A stretch of 64,000 nucleotides of DNA from an uncultured Desulfarculus sp. GTDB taxonomy: Bacteria; Desulfobacterota; Desulfarculia; Desulfarculales; Desulfarculaceae. The stretch spans positions 320,001 through 384,000 of the forward strand of contig CAXXUK010000001.1 in assembly GCA_963665125.2 (NCBI GenBank). Reading direction: 5' to 3'. Shown in pieces: positions 47,435-61,779 of this stretch. Every line of letters starts with the position of its first letter. The stretch's first letter is position 1. The notes under the pieces are model-generated. The model searched no databases, was not told the origin of the DNA, and saw nothing but the letters and a program-made list of their open reading frames with translations. A program made the translations under genes and the position numbers.

Positions 47435-49438
47435 GTGAGAAGAACAACAATTGCGCTAATCAGCCTATGCATTACGCTGGCCTTGGCCGCCGCGCCGGCA
47501 TGGGCGCGGGTAGACAAATCAGATGACGCCATAGCGTCCGAAAACACGTCTGCGGTCAAGGAAGAAGCCAAACAAAAAGCCACCATCGACAGCATCAACG
47601 TGACAGCAAAACGCTACCAGGCCGAAGACCTCGATACCGGAGCCTCTACCAACGTAATCACCGCCGAGCAGATGGAGCAGATGGGCGGCGACAACGCCTA
47701 CGAAGTTCTGCAACGCACCGAGGGCATCAACTTCTCATCATCATTGCCGGGTGGCATCACTCAGGGCGGCATGAACGGAGAGATCGGCATTCGCGGCATC
47801 AAGGGCGGCGAGCAGATCATGATGAACGGCATCCCTCTCATCGAGCCAACCGCCGGTTCCTATGACATCGACCAGATTCCGGCTTCGTTCCTGGAGCGCA
47901 TCGAAGTAGTCAAGGGCTCCAACTCCGCCCTGTACGGTTCCCGGGCCATGACCGGTGTAATCAATATGCGTACAAGGCGGCCGGGCGATCCCGCGATCGG
48001 CGGTTCTGTGACCGCGGGCAGCAATGCCTATTGGGAGGGCAACGCCTCATATCGCAATGACATGATTTTTATTGGGGCAAATTATGTGCAGTACGATGAC
48101 CTGAGCGACGTCAAAAAATACTACAGCACAAGAAGCCCCCGTTCCATGAATATGGAAGCTCCCAAAAAGGTCTCCACGCTGGTCTCGGTGCAGCCCTGGG
48201 AGCCTCTAGTGTTCAGTTACATGTTCAACCACACCGAAGTGGGATACAGCAACGACTATTACACCAAACCCACCAGTAACGACAAAGTGGACGAGACCGT
48301 ATATCACCACTATCTCTCGGCAATCTACGAAAAGGACACTCTGAAAGCCACGGCGTTTTTCAACTACAACTACATGGAACTCGTTTACGACTACTACGGC
48401 AACACGGCAAAACCGGGTAAAACAAACGAGAAGAAGAGTTTCACCACCGGCTTGGATTTGCAGGATTCCACACAGGCTTGGGGCACGATGTTCCTCTATG
48501 GCGGCACCTACATTTTCGAGCAGCAGGATGAAACCCGCCAGGATGTCTATGGCTCCACCTCAAGCGGTTATTATGTGAAAGAGGCGGTTCTGGACCATAC
48601 CCGGCACCTGCCATCCATCTTTTTCCAAGCTGAAAAAACTTTCTGGGACAGCCTGATTCTGACCCTGGGCATCCGCGGCCAAGGCGTATTGAACACCGAA
48701 GAAGGCTCGGACGACTACTTCGAGCCGGTCCCCCAGTTCCAGGCCGTTTACAAGGTCACCGGCCAGCAGTCCATCTATGCCAACGTCGGCCGCGCTTTCA
48801 GGGTTCCCACCTTCAACCAACTCTATTCCGAGACCGCCACCTTTGTCGGCAACCCGGAACTGGAACCGGAATACGGCTGGACCTACGAAATCGGCTACAA
48901 GTTCGAGGCGGGTATTTTCAGCGGTGCGGTCAGCGCCTTCCTGATGAACTACACGGACAAGATCCGCTATGTCATGGACACCACCGACGACCGCTACTAC
49001 GCCCGGAACATGGACAAATACCAAACGTCGGGCGTGGAATGGAAATTCGCCTTGCAGGTTCATGACTACGTCAACCTGACCTTTGGCGGATTCGGCGCCG
49101 ACCCCTGGGAGGAAGAGGACGGCGTAGAACAACAGGCCGGCCCCAAATGGCAGATGGTCCCCGGTGTTTATTTTGACAACGGTCCGCTGAAGCTGGGCCT
49201 CAACGCCACGATTTTGCTCGAGCGCGAGCAGAACCTAGAAGACTTCTGCAGCGTGAATATGACCGGATCATATCAGGTCAATGACTGGCTTAAGCTCAAG
49301 GTCAAGGCCAACAACCTGTTGGACAGAGACCTGGTAGTCTACGGCAACATGACCCCCGGATATTCCAGCCCCTATGAGGTGCTTGATGCCGGTTTGTGGA
49401 TCTACGGCGGCGTGGAAGTCGACTTCAGTCTCCTGTAG
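47435..49438 (+). CDS. TonB-dependent receptor, BtuB-like
   Basis: TonB box DSINVTA, plug motif LERIEVVKGSNSALYGS, FRVPTFNQLY and NLLD; under a B12 riboswitch. Confidence 0.92.
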   Translation: MRRTTIALISLCITLALAAAPAWARVDKSDDAIASENTSAVKEEAKQKATIDSINVTAKRYQAEDLDTGASTNVITAEQMEQMGGDNAYEVLQRTEGINFSSSLPGGITQGGMNGEIGIRGIKGGEQIMMNGIPLIEPTAGSYDIDQIPASFLERIEVVKGSNSALYGSRAMTGVINMRTRRPGDPAIGGSVTAGSNAYWEGNASYRNDMIFIGANYVQYDDLSDVKKYYSTRSPRSMNMEAPKKVSTLVSVQPWEPLVFSYMFNHTEVGYSNDYYTKPTSNDKVDETVYHHYLSAIYEKDTLKATAFFNYNYMELVYDYYGNTAKPGKTNEKKSFTTGLDLQDSTQAWGTMFLYGGTYIFEQQDETRQDVYGSTSSGYYVKEAVLDHTRHLPSIFFQAEKTFWDSLILTLGIRGQGVLNTEEGSDDYFEPVPQFQAVYKVTGQQSIYANVGRAFRVPTFNQLYSETATFVGNPELEPEYGWTYEIGYKFEAGIFSGAVSAFLMNYTDKIRYVMDTTDDRYYARNMDKYQTSGVEWKFALQVHDYVNLTFGGFGADPWEEEDGVEQQAGPKWQMVPGVYFDNGPLKLGLNATILLEREQNLEDFCSVNMTGSYQVNDWLKLKVKANNLLDRDLVVYGNMTPGYSSPYEVLDAGLWIYGGVEVDFSLL

Positions 49439-49464
49439 GGCTTAAAACCCCTTATTCTCACCTG

Positions 49465-49496
49465 GCGGGGGAGTCTTGAAACAAAGGCTCCCCCGC
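49465..49496. terminator. Hairpin between the two convergent B12-regulated units
   Basis: gcgggggagtctt...aaggctcccccgc. Confidence 0.7.
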
Positions 49497-49515
49497 AACT
49501 TTTACGGATGAGGGA

Positions 49516-50763
49516 TCAAGCGGCGTGGGCGTTGCCGCCGCCATGAAAATGGGCCGAGAGCTTGGAAGCCAATTCCATCTCATCGCCGCAGACAATGGCG
49601 TTGGAGGTCAGGGATGCAATGGGGTCGCCCTCAAGAAATGATTTGCGCAGGCTGAAGACCGGCTTGCCCATCAGGGCCGCTTCCTTTAGTAGCTCCGTAT
49701 TGCCCTGATTGGCTTGGCCTAGGGTGAACCCGCTGTCGATAACCACTTCCGCCCTGGCGATCATGTCCCGGCACTGGGCCATGGCCTCTGGGCTCACTTG
49801 GCTGAATGCCGGGACGCTGACCACTTCCGCGCCCAGGGTGGCAGCTATGTGGGTGTCTATGTCCCCCTGGTGGGCCACCCCGCACATGATGGCGTAGTCG
49901 CGTTTGTACAACAGGCGCAGGGCTGCCGTGGCCGCTCCTCCGCCGGGCAGGACAAACACCGGCCCCCGGCGCCCAACGCCGCTGAGTTCAATGACGCCCA
50001 GGCGGCTGTCATAATGCGCACCTTGCAGATTATATAAATGGGCCACCGCCTGGTCGCTGAGGACCGACTCCGGCGGACCGAAATCGGCCATGCCGCCGCC
50101 GGAGATAAGAGCCACCTGGTCCGAAACCCTGGAGGCGATGTCAACGTCATGCAGCGAGGCCACAACGGCGATGTCCATTTCCCGGCAAAGGCCCCGCAGG
50201 ATACTCATGACTTCAAGGCGGTGCTTCAGATCCAGGTGCACGGTGGGTTCGTCCAGTAGGATCAGGCGCGGCTCCTGGGCCAGGGCCCTGGCCAGGACGA
50301 TTTTTTGTTTTTCGCCGTCGCTGAGCCGCTCGTAAAAACGATCGGCCAGGTCCTGGGCCCCCACCATCTCAATGGCCCGGCGCACGGCCTGGTGATCTTC
50401 CGGGCCCAGCTTGCCGAAAAAACCTGTATGGGGGTGACGGCCCAGGGCGGCCACCTCATAGGCCGTGAGCAGGCCGGGGGCAAGCCGATCGGTGAGCACC
50501 ACCGCCTGGATGCGGGCCAATTGGGCCTGACTGGTTTGGGTCAGGCTCTTTCCGGCAACGGCGATATCTCCGGTCAGGGGCGGCAGCAGCCCGGCCAGGG
50601 TCCGCAGCAGTGTTGTCTTGCCCGCGCCGTTGGGGCCCAGCAGGGATAAAAAACGTCCCGATTTCAGGCAAAAGCTGACTTCGCTGAGGACTGCCTTGTG
50701 GCCGTAGCCCACGGCCAGACCATCGAGCCGTAATATGTCTTGCTTGGTTGATGGGTGGGTCAT
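49516..50763 (-). CDS. Fe-chelate/cobalamin ABC importer ATPase (BtuD/FepC-like) with C-terminal extension
   Basis: GPNGAGKT, LSDGEKQK, LLDEPT and SLHD motifs; start MTHP at 50763. Confidence 0.92.
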   Translation of the reverse strand: MTHPSTKQDILRLDGLAVGYGHKAVLSEVSFCLKSGRFLSLLGPNGAGKTTLLRTLAGLLPPLTGDIAVAGKSLTQTSQAQLARIQAVVLTDRLAPGLLTAYEVAALGRHPHTGFFGKLGPEDHQAVRRAIEMVGAQDLADRFYERLSDGEKQKIVLARALAQEPRLILLDEPTVHLDLKHRLEVMSILRGLCREMDIAVVASLHDVDIASRVSDQVALISGGGMADFGPPESVLSDQAVAHLYNLQGAHYDSRLGVIELSGVGRRGPVFVLPGGGAATAALRLLYKRDYAIMCGVAHQGDIDTHIAATLGAEVVSVPAFSQVSPEAMAQCRDMIARAEVVIDSGFTLGQANQGNTELLKEAALMGKPVFSLRKSFLEGDPIASLTSNAIVCGDEMELASKLSAHFHGGGNAHAA

Positions 50764-51785
50764 CGGTTTGCCTTGTTGCGCATCAGCAGGGCGATAACCA
50801 CCGGTGCGCCGAAAAAGGAGGTTATTGCGCTGAGAGGGGACTCGACCGGAGCGAAGAGCATCCGGGCCACGATGTCGCAGAACCCGCAGACCACCGCGCC
50901 GATCAGGGCCGTTGCCGGGATCAACAGCTTGTTGTCCGAGGTGCCCATGGCCAGCCGGGCCATGTGGGGTACGGCCAGGCCCACGAATGCCACCGGCCCG
51001 GCCGTGGCCGTGACCAGGGCCGACAGGCCGCAGGAGGTGAAGACCAGGACCATGCGGAAGCGGCGGATATTGACGCCCATGGTGGCGGCGTAGTTTTCGC
51101 CAAGCAAAAAGGCGTTGAGCTGTTTGCTCATGCCGAAGACCAGCACCAACAGCACCGCGCCGATGCTCATCATCAGCGCCAATTCGGTCCAGGTGTATCC
51201 GCTGAAGCTGCCCAGTTGCCACAGGTTGAAGCCCTTGATGCGCTCGGCTTCGGCAAAGGTGATCAAAAGGCTGGTCACCGCGTGGGTCAGGTAGCCGATC
51301 ATGATGCCGGCTATGAGCAGGGTGACGCCCTGTTTGACCTTGGACGCGATGGCCATGACCAGGCCCATGGCGCCCAAGGCGCCGACAAAACCCGCCAGGG
51401 GCGTCAAATAGGGCACGATGCCCACCATGCCCACGGCAACGGAGGTGAGCATTACCAGCGAGACCATCAGGGTCGCGCCGTGGGAAATGCCCAGGACAAA
51501 CGGACCGACGATGGGGTTGCGGAAATAGACCTGCAACAATAGCCCGCTGACGGCCAGCATGGCCCCGCCGCCCAGAGCGGCAAGAGCCCTGGGCAGACGG
51601 ATATTGCGGACGATGAAGTCAAGGTTGGCGTCCGAGGCCTTGCCCAATAAGATGTCCCAGACTTGGCCGGCGCTGCTGCCGACGCTGCCCAAGTTCAGGC
51701 TCATCCAGAACACGCCGAGCATGACCGCGGCAAGCAGGGGCAGCATCATCGCGGCCCGTTTTTTCCTGGCGACCGCCGGATTCAT
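50760..51785 (-). CDS. FecCD/BtuC-family ABC permease
   Basis: IRLPRA, FRNPIVGPFVLGISHGA, LGENYAATMG and FVGLAVPH motifs. Confidence 0.94.
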   Translation of the reverse strand: MNPAVARKKRAAMMLPLLAAVMLGVFWMSLNLGSVGSSAGQVWDILLGKASDANLDFIVRNIRLPRALAALGGGAMLAVSGLLLQVYFRNPIVGPFVLGISHGATLMVSLVMLTSVAVGMVGIVPYLTPLAGFVGALGAMGLVMAIASKVKQGVTLLIAGIMIGYLTHAVTSLLITFAEAERIKGFNLWQLGSFSGYTWTELALMMSIGAVLLVLVFGMSKQLNAFLLGENYAATMGVNIRRFRMVLVFTSCGLSALVTATAGPVAFVGLAVPHMARLAMGTSDNKLLIPATALIGAVVCGFCDIVARMLFAPVESPLSAITSFFGAPVVIALLMRNKANR

Positions 51786-51789
51786 GGGC

Positions 51790-52860
51790 CTACTCCTCGG
51801 TCATTTCTTTGAAGTACCGCAACTCAAAACCGGGATACAGTTCCGGGTGGATTATCGCCGCCAGTTCGATCAGTATCTCGTCGAGCTTGTCGGCCGACTG
51901 CCGGTAGTGCTCCTGGGGATAATAGACCTTGCCGCCGTTCAGGGGCTTTATGCCGGCTATGGTCTTGTTGGTGGCCTTCATTCTGGCCTTGGTGGCCATG
52001 CCCTGGCGGGGCGTGCGGTAGGTGATCATCACGTCGGCTTCGTTGCCGCTGGAAAAAAACCTCTCCAGGGCGATTTCCAGGCAGGTGTCGCCCGAGACAT
52101 CGGCAAACAGATAGTCGCCGCCGGCGGCCTGGACGATCTGGGCGGCCCAGGAATTGCCAGGCTCCACTAAAACCCGCTTGGAGTAGACATCGCCCCAGAT
52201 GACCTTGGGCCGTGCTTTAATGGTCCTGGTCTTGGCCTTGATGTTCTCCAGGGCGGCGTAAGACCGGGCGGCGTATTCGTCGGCCTGCCTCTGGCTGCCG
52301 AAGAAGGGAGCCAGGAACTTGGCGAAACGGATCTGGGTGTCCAGGTTCCGGGCCGTGCCGGTGTTTGTGATGATCGTGGGGATGCCGAATTCATCCATAA
52401 CGGGCACCAGCGATTCGTCCCAGGTGAAAAACACGTCCGGCTTGATCCTGGCCAATTGTTCGTAATCCAGGGCGTGGCTCTGGCCCACCGAAACTATGGC
52501 GCCGTTTTTCAGGCCCTGGTGGATTTGGGGTATGGTCCAGTCCTTGGCTTTTCCTGTCACCGCCTTTACCGTGTCGATGGCGTCCAGGGCCACCAACAGG
52601 GATGTGTCACGGGCTGAATCGGTGGCCACGCTTTGCACGGGAATGGGGACGATTTCGCTTGGTTGCAGGCCCGGCGGCGGCTGTTGGCCCCTGGGAACCA
52701 GGTGGATGCGCCTGCCGATGCCGTCGGTAACGACGAATATGCCGTTATTGAGGGACTCGACGCTGAACTGGCCGATGGCCTCGAATTCGGCCAAGGCCGA
52801 ACCGGCAAGGCCCAGCCACAAGGCTGAAACCACCAAGACAATGATGATGCTTTTTTTCAT
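51790..52860 (-). CDS. Periplasmic binding protein (BtuF/TroA-like)
   Basis: Signal peptide from MKKSII; VTDGIGR, YEQLARIKPD and AGGDYLF motifs; ends AAIIHPELYP. Confidence 0.9.
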   Translation of the reverse strand: MKKSIIIVLVVSALWLGLAGSALAEFEAIGQFSVESLNNGIFVVTDGIGRRIHLVPRGQQPPPGLQPSEIVPIPVQSVATDSARDTSLLVALDAIDTVKAVTGKAKDWTIPQIHQGLKNGAIVSVGQSHALDYEQLARIKPDVFFTWDESLVPVMDEFGIPTIITNTGTARNLDTQIRFAKFLAPFFGSQRQADEYAARSYAALENIKAKTRTIKARPKVIWGDVYSKRVLVEPGNSWAAQIVQAAGGDYLFADVSGDTCLEIALERFFSSGNEADVMITYRTPRQGMATKARMKATNKTIAGIKPLNGGKVYYPQEHYRQSADKLDEILIELAAIIHPELYPGFELRYFKEMTEE

Positions 52861-53684
52861 GAATTGGTCTCCCTTGAAGCGCGGTGGCGGTGTTGGCGCA
52901 GGGCTTGCCACAGATAGGCCAGCAGGCCCACGGCAAACACGAGCGTGCCAAAGAAAAAGGTCTTTACGCCCGGATCGCGCCTGATGATCAGGTTGGCGTA
53001 GGGCCGTCTGGGCATGGAGCTTTTAGCCGCGGGGTAATAGTTTTTCAGGTGGATGCTGTAGCCGCCGAACCAGATCGGGCTGTTGTAGGCCAGCGACTTT
53101 CGGGTCGCCGAGCCGTCGGCGTCGGTGAGCACAAGGGCTATGTCCTGGGTTACGGCCCGGCCTTTGTAAAAGGCAAGCCGTGTGCCCTCATAAAACTCCG
53201 AATCAATGGACTCCAGCTTAAGTTTGGTGTCGGAGCCGGGCATGGTTATCTCCCGGCCTACCAATAGGACGTTGTTTTGCACGTTGAGGCCGAAGACATA
53301 GGTGACCAGGTGCGAAGCCAGGATGATGATGAATGCCGCGTGCATTACATGGGGTGAAAAGCGCAGGATGAAGTCCAGGCGCGAACCGCCGGCTCCCCGT
53401 CGGACCAGGGCGGCCACCTTTTGCCAGGTGCAGACAAACGTGTTGAACACCAACAGGCCCAACAGCGCCAAAAAACAGAAAAACCACCAGGTGTTTTTGA
53501 GGCTGCTCCAGCCGTAGGAGACGATCCAGTCCCACAGCAGCAGGCGGTTCAGCGGTTCATAGATGTGTTTGGCCGATTCAAATAGGTAGTAACCGCAGCA
53601 CAGGACAACGACCAGGGCCAGAAGCACCCAGACGCTGAGCAGGGCCGAACCGAAGAATGACCACATCGCTCTGAGGATTTTCAT
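52857..53684 (-). CDS. ResB/CcsB-like membrane protein (short)
   Basis: TWWFFCFLALLGLLVFNTFVCT, PHVMH..IILASH, YNSPIWFGGY and RDPG..FFFG motifs follow the ResB topology. Confidence 0.72.
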   Translation of the reverse strand: MKILRAMWSFFGSALLSVWVLLALVVVLCCGYYLFESAKHIYEPLNRLLLWDWIVSYGWSSLKNTWWFFCFLALLGLLVFNTFVCTWQKVAALVRRGAGGSRLDFILRFSPHVMHAAFIIILASHLVTYVFGLNVQNNVLLVGREITMPGSDTKLKLESIDSEFYEGTRLAFYKGRAVTQDIALVLTDADGSATRKSLAYNSPIWFGGYSIHLKNYYPAAKSSMPRRPYANLIIRRDPGVKTFFFGTLVFAVGLLAYLWQALRQHRHRASRETNS

Positions 53685-54450
53685 GACAGCCACTCCGGCA
53701 ACTTGAACCCGCCGGTTTCGGGCAGCAGGGTGAAGACGATCAATAGAGGCACACCGGCCACGGCGACCCAGGCTCTGCGCCTGGCCGGCCAACTGCGCAG
53801 CAAGTACAGGTGCAGGAAACAGCCGTAGTAGAACCACACGGCCATGGTGGAGGTCATGGTGGCGTTGTTCCAGATCACCGGGCTGGCCCAACCCAGATAG
53901 GACCAAATTTCGGCCAGAAACAGGCTCAGGGTGAAGATCACGAAACCCCAGACGATAAACCGGCCGAACAGGGGGCGGGCCCGGTCCTGCTCGATGGTTT
54001 CATCACGTCGGGCCAGGTACATCAAGGCCGCCACCCCGGCCGCGTAGAAACAGGCCTTGCCCATGACGCTCATGGGTAGGAAGATGTGGGCCACGATGGT
54101 GTTGGAGCGGGGGAAGGGCAGATAATAATCATTGGGGAACAGGGCCGCCGCCAGGGCCAACAGGGCCGTGAACACCACCAGGCGCATGGCCAGGGCCGGG
54201 CGGCCACGCCGGAACAGGCCCAGGGCCAATACGGCCATGGCCGCGGGCAGCCAAAAGGGCTCCTGAAACGGCGACTGCATGGGCCATGAAAGATAGAGCT
54301 TCAGTAAAATCGAGGCCGTATTGGCGGCCAGGGCCAGGCCCAAGGCAACCGACACCGCCAAACGGCCCCGAAACGCGACCAATAGCGCGGCCAAGATGTA
54401 TAAAAGCGCTCCTACCTGAAACAGGTAGGCGATGTAAGGTGTCATGGGGT

Positions 54451-54454
<4 letters not shown>
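53681..54454 (-). CDS. CcsA/ResC-like protein with degenerate WWD domain
   Basis: WPMQSPFQE, AHIF, GFVIFTLSLFLAEIWSYLGWASPVIWN and WFYYGCFLH motifs. Confidence 0.8.
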
Positions 54455-58225
<3,771 letters not shown>

Positions 58226-58239
<14 letters not shown>

Positions 58240-59284
58240 GAGTTTGCTCCATTGAAGCGGTTGTTCGCGGGGTCTGGCGGCCATAGCCAAGGGTGAGGCC
58301 GCGCAGCAAGGCGCAAGCCAGCTCCCGCCCCTCTGGGCCGTTGTATTTGAGCCTGCTGGGGCACTCGCCCGGGCAATGGCCCTCCAGGGGACACCCCCCG
58401 CAGTCGGCGGCGGGTAGCTCGTAGCGGCCCAGGCCGCGTATGCGGCTGAAATCGGGTTTGTCGATGGTGCCCAGGGCCAGGTCCGGGTCGCCCATGGTCT
58501 GGCCGCAGGGGTATAGGCTGCCGTCCGGATGCACGGCCAAAGACGAACCCACGGCGGCGTGGCAAAATGCCCTTTGCCCGTTTCTGAGGCGGTCCATTTC
58601 GCGCAGCACCAGGGGGCTGTGTCGGCGGCGGTTGATCCAGACCACGGTTTGGGCCAGCTCGACCATGGCCTTGGTTAAAGTATTTGCTTCGGCCATGGCC
58701 GGTTCGCCACGGGCTGCCCGGCCCCGGCGCACCAACAGGTCCAGGCCTAGGCCGTGGGCATACTTGTAATTGCTCAGCAGCATGGCCAGGCTGGGCATTT
58801 GAGAAACATTTTCCGCGCAGACGACGGCCGTGACGCCAAAACGCACCCCGGCCCGTTCCAGGTGCTCCAGGCCCCGCAAGGTCTCGGCATAGCGGCCGCG
58901 CAGCAATTCATGCTGGGCCGGCGGCCCGTCCATGCTCACCCCCACGGTGATGTCCCAGCGTCGGAACATCTCGGCCAAGGGGCGGGTGATCAACGTGCCG
59001 TTGGTCTGCACGGCGATGGTTGCGGGCATGTCCGCACTGCGCACCCTGGCGGCGATGGCTTCAATCAAAGACGGCTCCAGGCAGGGCTCACCCCCAGCCA
59101 TCTGCACATGAAACGGTCTGCCGCCTTGATTGGCCAGATCCAGGGCGGCCATGGCCGTGGGCCGGGGCATGACCACGGACCGCTCTGGCGCGCCTCGGTA
59201 GCAGTAGGCGCAGGAGAGGTTGCAGCCCGTGGTCAGCCACAGCACCAGATGTCTGATTGCCGGATATGCGCAGGCCCTGGCCAT
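58226..59284 (-). CDS. Radical SAM protein with SPASM-like Cys-rich C-terminus
   Basis: CNLSCAYC, GGEP, QTNGT and VSMDG motifs; C...DGSLYPC...CGGC....CPGECP...C; start MARAC at 59284. Confidence 0.92.
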
Positions 59285-59286
59285 GA

Positions 59287-61041
59287 TCAGAAATCCCAGC
59301 CCACACCCGCCAGCCAGGTGCGCGGCGGAGCGGGGTAGCCGTCGGCGTAGAGGTAGTCCTCGTCCAGCAGGTTGTCTATGCGGAAGAAGAACCGGGCCTG
59401 GTCCAGGCGGTATTCGCCCCGCAGGTCCATGGTGAAGTATTCCGGGGCCGTGGTCGTGTTGGCAGCGTTGGTGTAGACCTCGGAACTGTAGGTGGCCTGG
59501 CAGCCCAGCATCAGCCCGTCCATGGGCCGCACCTGAAGGTCGGCCTTGATTTTGTGGCGGGGTTTGGTGGACAGCCACAGGCCGTCGTCGTCGTTGATGG
59601 CCTCCAGATAGGTGTAGGAAGGCCGGAAGACCAGCCACTTGCACGGCGTGAACGAGATGAAGGCGTCCACACCGCTGAGGTGGGCTTCGCCGACGTTTTC
59701 GTATTGGCCCACCCCGTCGTTGCCGCGCATATAGGTTATGCGGTCGTTGACCTGGTTGTAGAAAACCGTGGCCGAGGCGCTGATCCAGCTCCACGGGGCG
59801 ACGCTGGCGCCCAGGCTGTAGTTGGTGGCCTGTTCGCTGTTCAGGCCGGGGTTGGGCCGGGTGCTGGAGGTTTCGTAATAACGCTGGCGGATGGTGGGGG
59901 TGTTGTTGGTCATCTGGAAGGCGGCCTCCACCCGGAAGATGCCTTTTTTCCAGGAAGCCTTTACCTCCGGATTGACGGCTGAATCAAAATCCGAGTAGGC
60001 GTTGGCCCGCAGTCCGAAATCCAGGCGTACCGGCACGGCCTTGAACATGAAAGACTTCAGGCCGAATATGCCGAAGGCCTGCTCGTCCATGGGCTTGACC
60101 TTGTTGCCCTGGGCCTCTGTGTGCGAAACCATGATCCCGGTGCTTATTTTGCCTAACAAGGGCACGGCAAAGGCCTTGCGCAGGTCCTCGTTGACGGTCC
60201 AACTGCGCAGGGTTGTTTCCGTGCAGGAATCGGGGTTTTCAAAATCGTTTTGAAATCGGGTGAACGAGGTCGCGTTTTTCCAGCCCCGGGCCTTGAAGTT
60301 GAAGGAGGTGCCCAAGGCCTCGTCACGGGAGCGGGCCCTGGGGGTGGGGTATTTGGGCAGGCCCGGATTGCCCTTGCGCGTTTCGCCGTAGTCGATGGCC
60401 ACGGTCGGCGCGGACGAGTCGGCCCCGGCCCATTTGATCCAGCTCTCCGGCGCGTACGACAGCTTGATCCCGGCCCGGCCCTGATCCTTGTCGCCGTTGC
60501 GGCGGAAACCTTCGGTGGAGGAAAAATCGCCGTTAAGGGCCAACCCCCACGGTCCTGCCTTGCGGCTGGCATTGCCGCGGACCCGCCAGTAGTTTTGATT
60601 GCCCGCCTCAAAGGACACGCTGGCCTTGGTGCGGTCCACGGCCTTGGATGTGATGATTATCACGCCGCCGCTGGAGTTGTCGCCAAAGGCCACCGCGCCG
60701 CCGCCCTTGATTATTTTCATGGAGGCGATGTCTTCCAGGGCCACCAGATCCCATTTGACGCTTTTATGGGCGCTGGCCGTATTGATGAGGCTCATGCCGT
60801 CCATAAACACGGCCACGTTGGAGTTGCCCCGAATGCTCACCGACGAACTGCCGGCCTTGACGCCGGGAATCAGATTGAGGAGTTCTTCCACCGTGCGCAC
60901 ATTGAGTTCTGCGATATTTTCGTAACTCAAGACGATGGTTTCGCCGTCCGGCACGCCGGCGGCCAGGGAAGGCCAGGCACTAACAAGGCAATAGAGAAGG
61001 CAAATGGCGGAGATGCAGATTTGTTTCATTGGGTTTTCCAT
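59287..61041 (-). CDS. TonB-dependent receptor (584 aa)
   Basis: Plug ELLNLIPGV..SIRG..MDG..IIKGGGAVAFG..GGVIII; NPGLNSE and DNLLDEDY motifs; terminal WDF. Confidence 0.9.
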   Translation of the reverse strand: MENPMKQICISAICLLYCLVSAWPSLAAGVPDGETIVLSYENIAELNVRTVEELLNLIPGVKAGSSSVSIRGNSNVAVFMDGMSLINTASAHKSVKWDLVALEDIASMKIIKGGGAVAFGDNSSGGVIIITSKAVDRTKASVSFEAGNQNYWRVRGNASRKAGPWGLALNGDFSSTEGFRRNGDKDQGRAGIKLSYAPESWIKWAGADSSAPTVAIDYGETRKGNPGLPKYPTPRARSRDEALGTSFNFKARGWKNATSFTRFQNDFENPDSCTETTLRSWTVNEDLRKAFAVPLLGKISTGIMVSHTEAQGNKVKPMDEQAFGIFGLKSFMFKAVPVRLDFGLRANAYSDFDSAVNPEVKASWKKGIFRVEAAFQMTNNTPTIRQRYYETSSTRPNPGLNSEQATNYSLGASVAPWSWISASATVFYNQVNDRITYMRGNDGVGQYENVGEAHLSGVDAFISFTPCKWLVFRPSYTYLEAINDDDGLWLSTKPRHKIKADLQVRPMDGLMLGCQATYSSEVYTNAANTTTAPEYFTMDLRGEYRLDQARFFFRIDNLLDEDYLYADGYPAPPRTWLAGVGWDF

Positions 61042-61044
61042 GAG

Positions 61045-61779
61045 TTAGATGCTGGCCTTTCGTACATGCCAGACGGCCATTGAAAAGAACAGGCAGCCAT
61101 ATGCCGCCATCACGGCCAAGGACAGCCAGGGCAAGGGATTGTCCAGGGCCGAGGCCCGGATGAAGTGGCTGGCGTGGGTCAGCGGCAGGGCCTCTATGGC
61201 CGTGGCCGCCCAGCCTGGCAGCTTGTCCAGGCTGAAAAACGTACCGCACAAAAAAGACATGGGCGTGATGATGAATCCGGTAAGGTTGGACTGGTCGGCA
61301 TGGGAGCGCACCACCATGGCCGCCCAAACAGCCGCCGCGGAAAACATGAAGCAGTTCATGAACACGCCCAATAGCAGGCCCGGCCCGTAGTTGAGCTTCA
61401 CGCCGCTGATAAGGGCCAGGCAGATCACCACGGCCACGGCAAGGAACCCGCGCACCACGCCGCCCAGCACCTCGCCCAAGGCAATGGCCGCCGGAGAGAC
61501 CGGCGCGGTCTGGAACTCCTCGAAGGTGTGCCAGTAGAACCGGGCGATGTTGATCTCCGAGGAGATGCCGAACGAGCGGCTCATGGACGACAGGGCCATC
61601 AGGCCGGGCAGCATGTAGGCCAGGTACTCAACTCCGTCCATGGTCACGCCCCGGCCCATGCCCCAACCAAATGCGATGATATACAGCAGCGGGCTGACGG
61701 CATAGTTGGCCATCTGGCGGCCCAGGCGGCTGCGCAGGATCAGCAATTCACGGTAAAAAACAGCCCACACGCCGCTCAT
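61045..61779 (-). CDS. ABC-2 type exporter permease
   Basis: FYREL, YLAYMLPGL, EEFQTAPVS, PMSFLCGTFF and LPLTHA motifs. Confidence 0.92.
   Translation of the reverse strand: MSGVWAVFYRELLILRSRLGRQMANYAVSPLLYIIAFGWGMGRGVTMDGVEYLAYMLPGLMALSSMSRSFGISSEINIARFYWHTFEEFQTAPVSPAAIALGEVLGGVVRGFLAVAVVICLALISGVKLNYGPGLLLGVFMNCFMFSAAAVWAAMVVRSHADQSNLTGFIITPMSFLCGTFFSLDKLPGWAATAIEALPLTHASHFIRASALDNPLPWLSLAVMAAYGCLFFSMAVWHVRKASI

Noticed and set aside
50764..51222. N-terminal extensions of ORF-track calls (568-aa ATPase, 522-aa radical SAM, 349-aa ResB-like, 324-aa permease, 838-aa FeoB)
   Set aside because: They overlap upstream real genes in other frames; internal ATGs with stop/start coupling give family-typical lengths.
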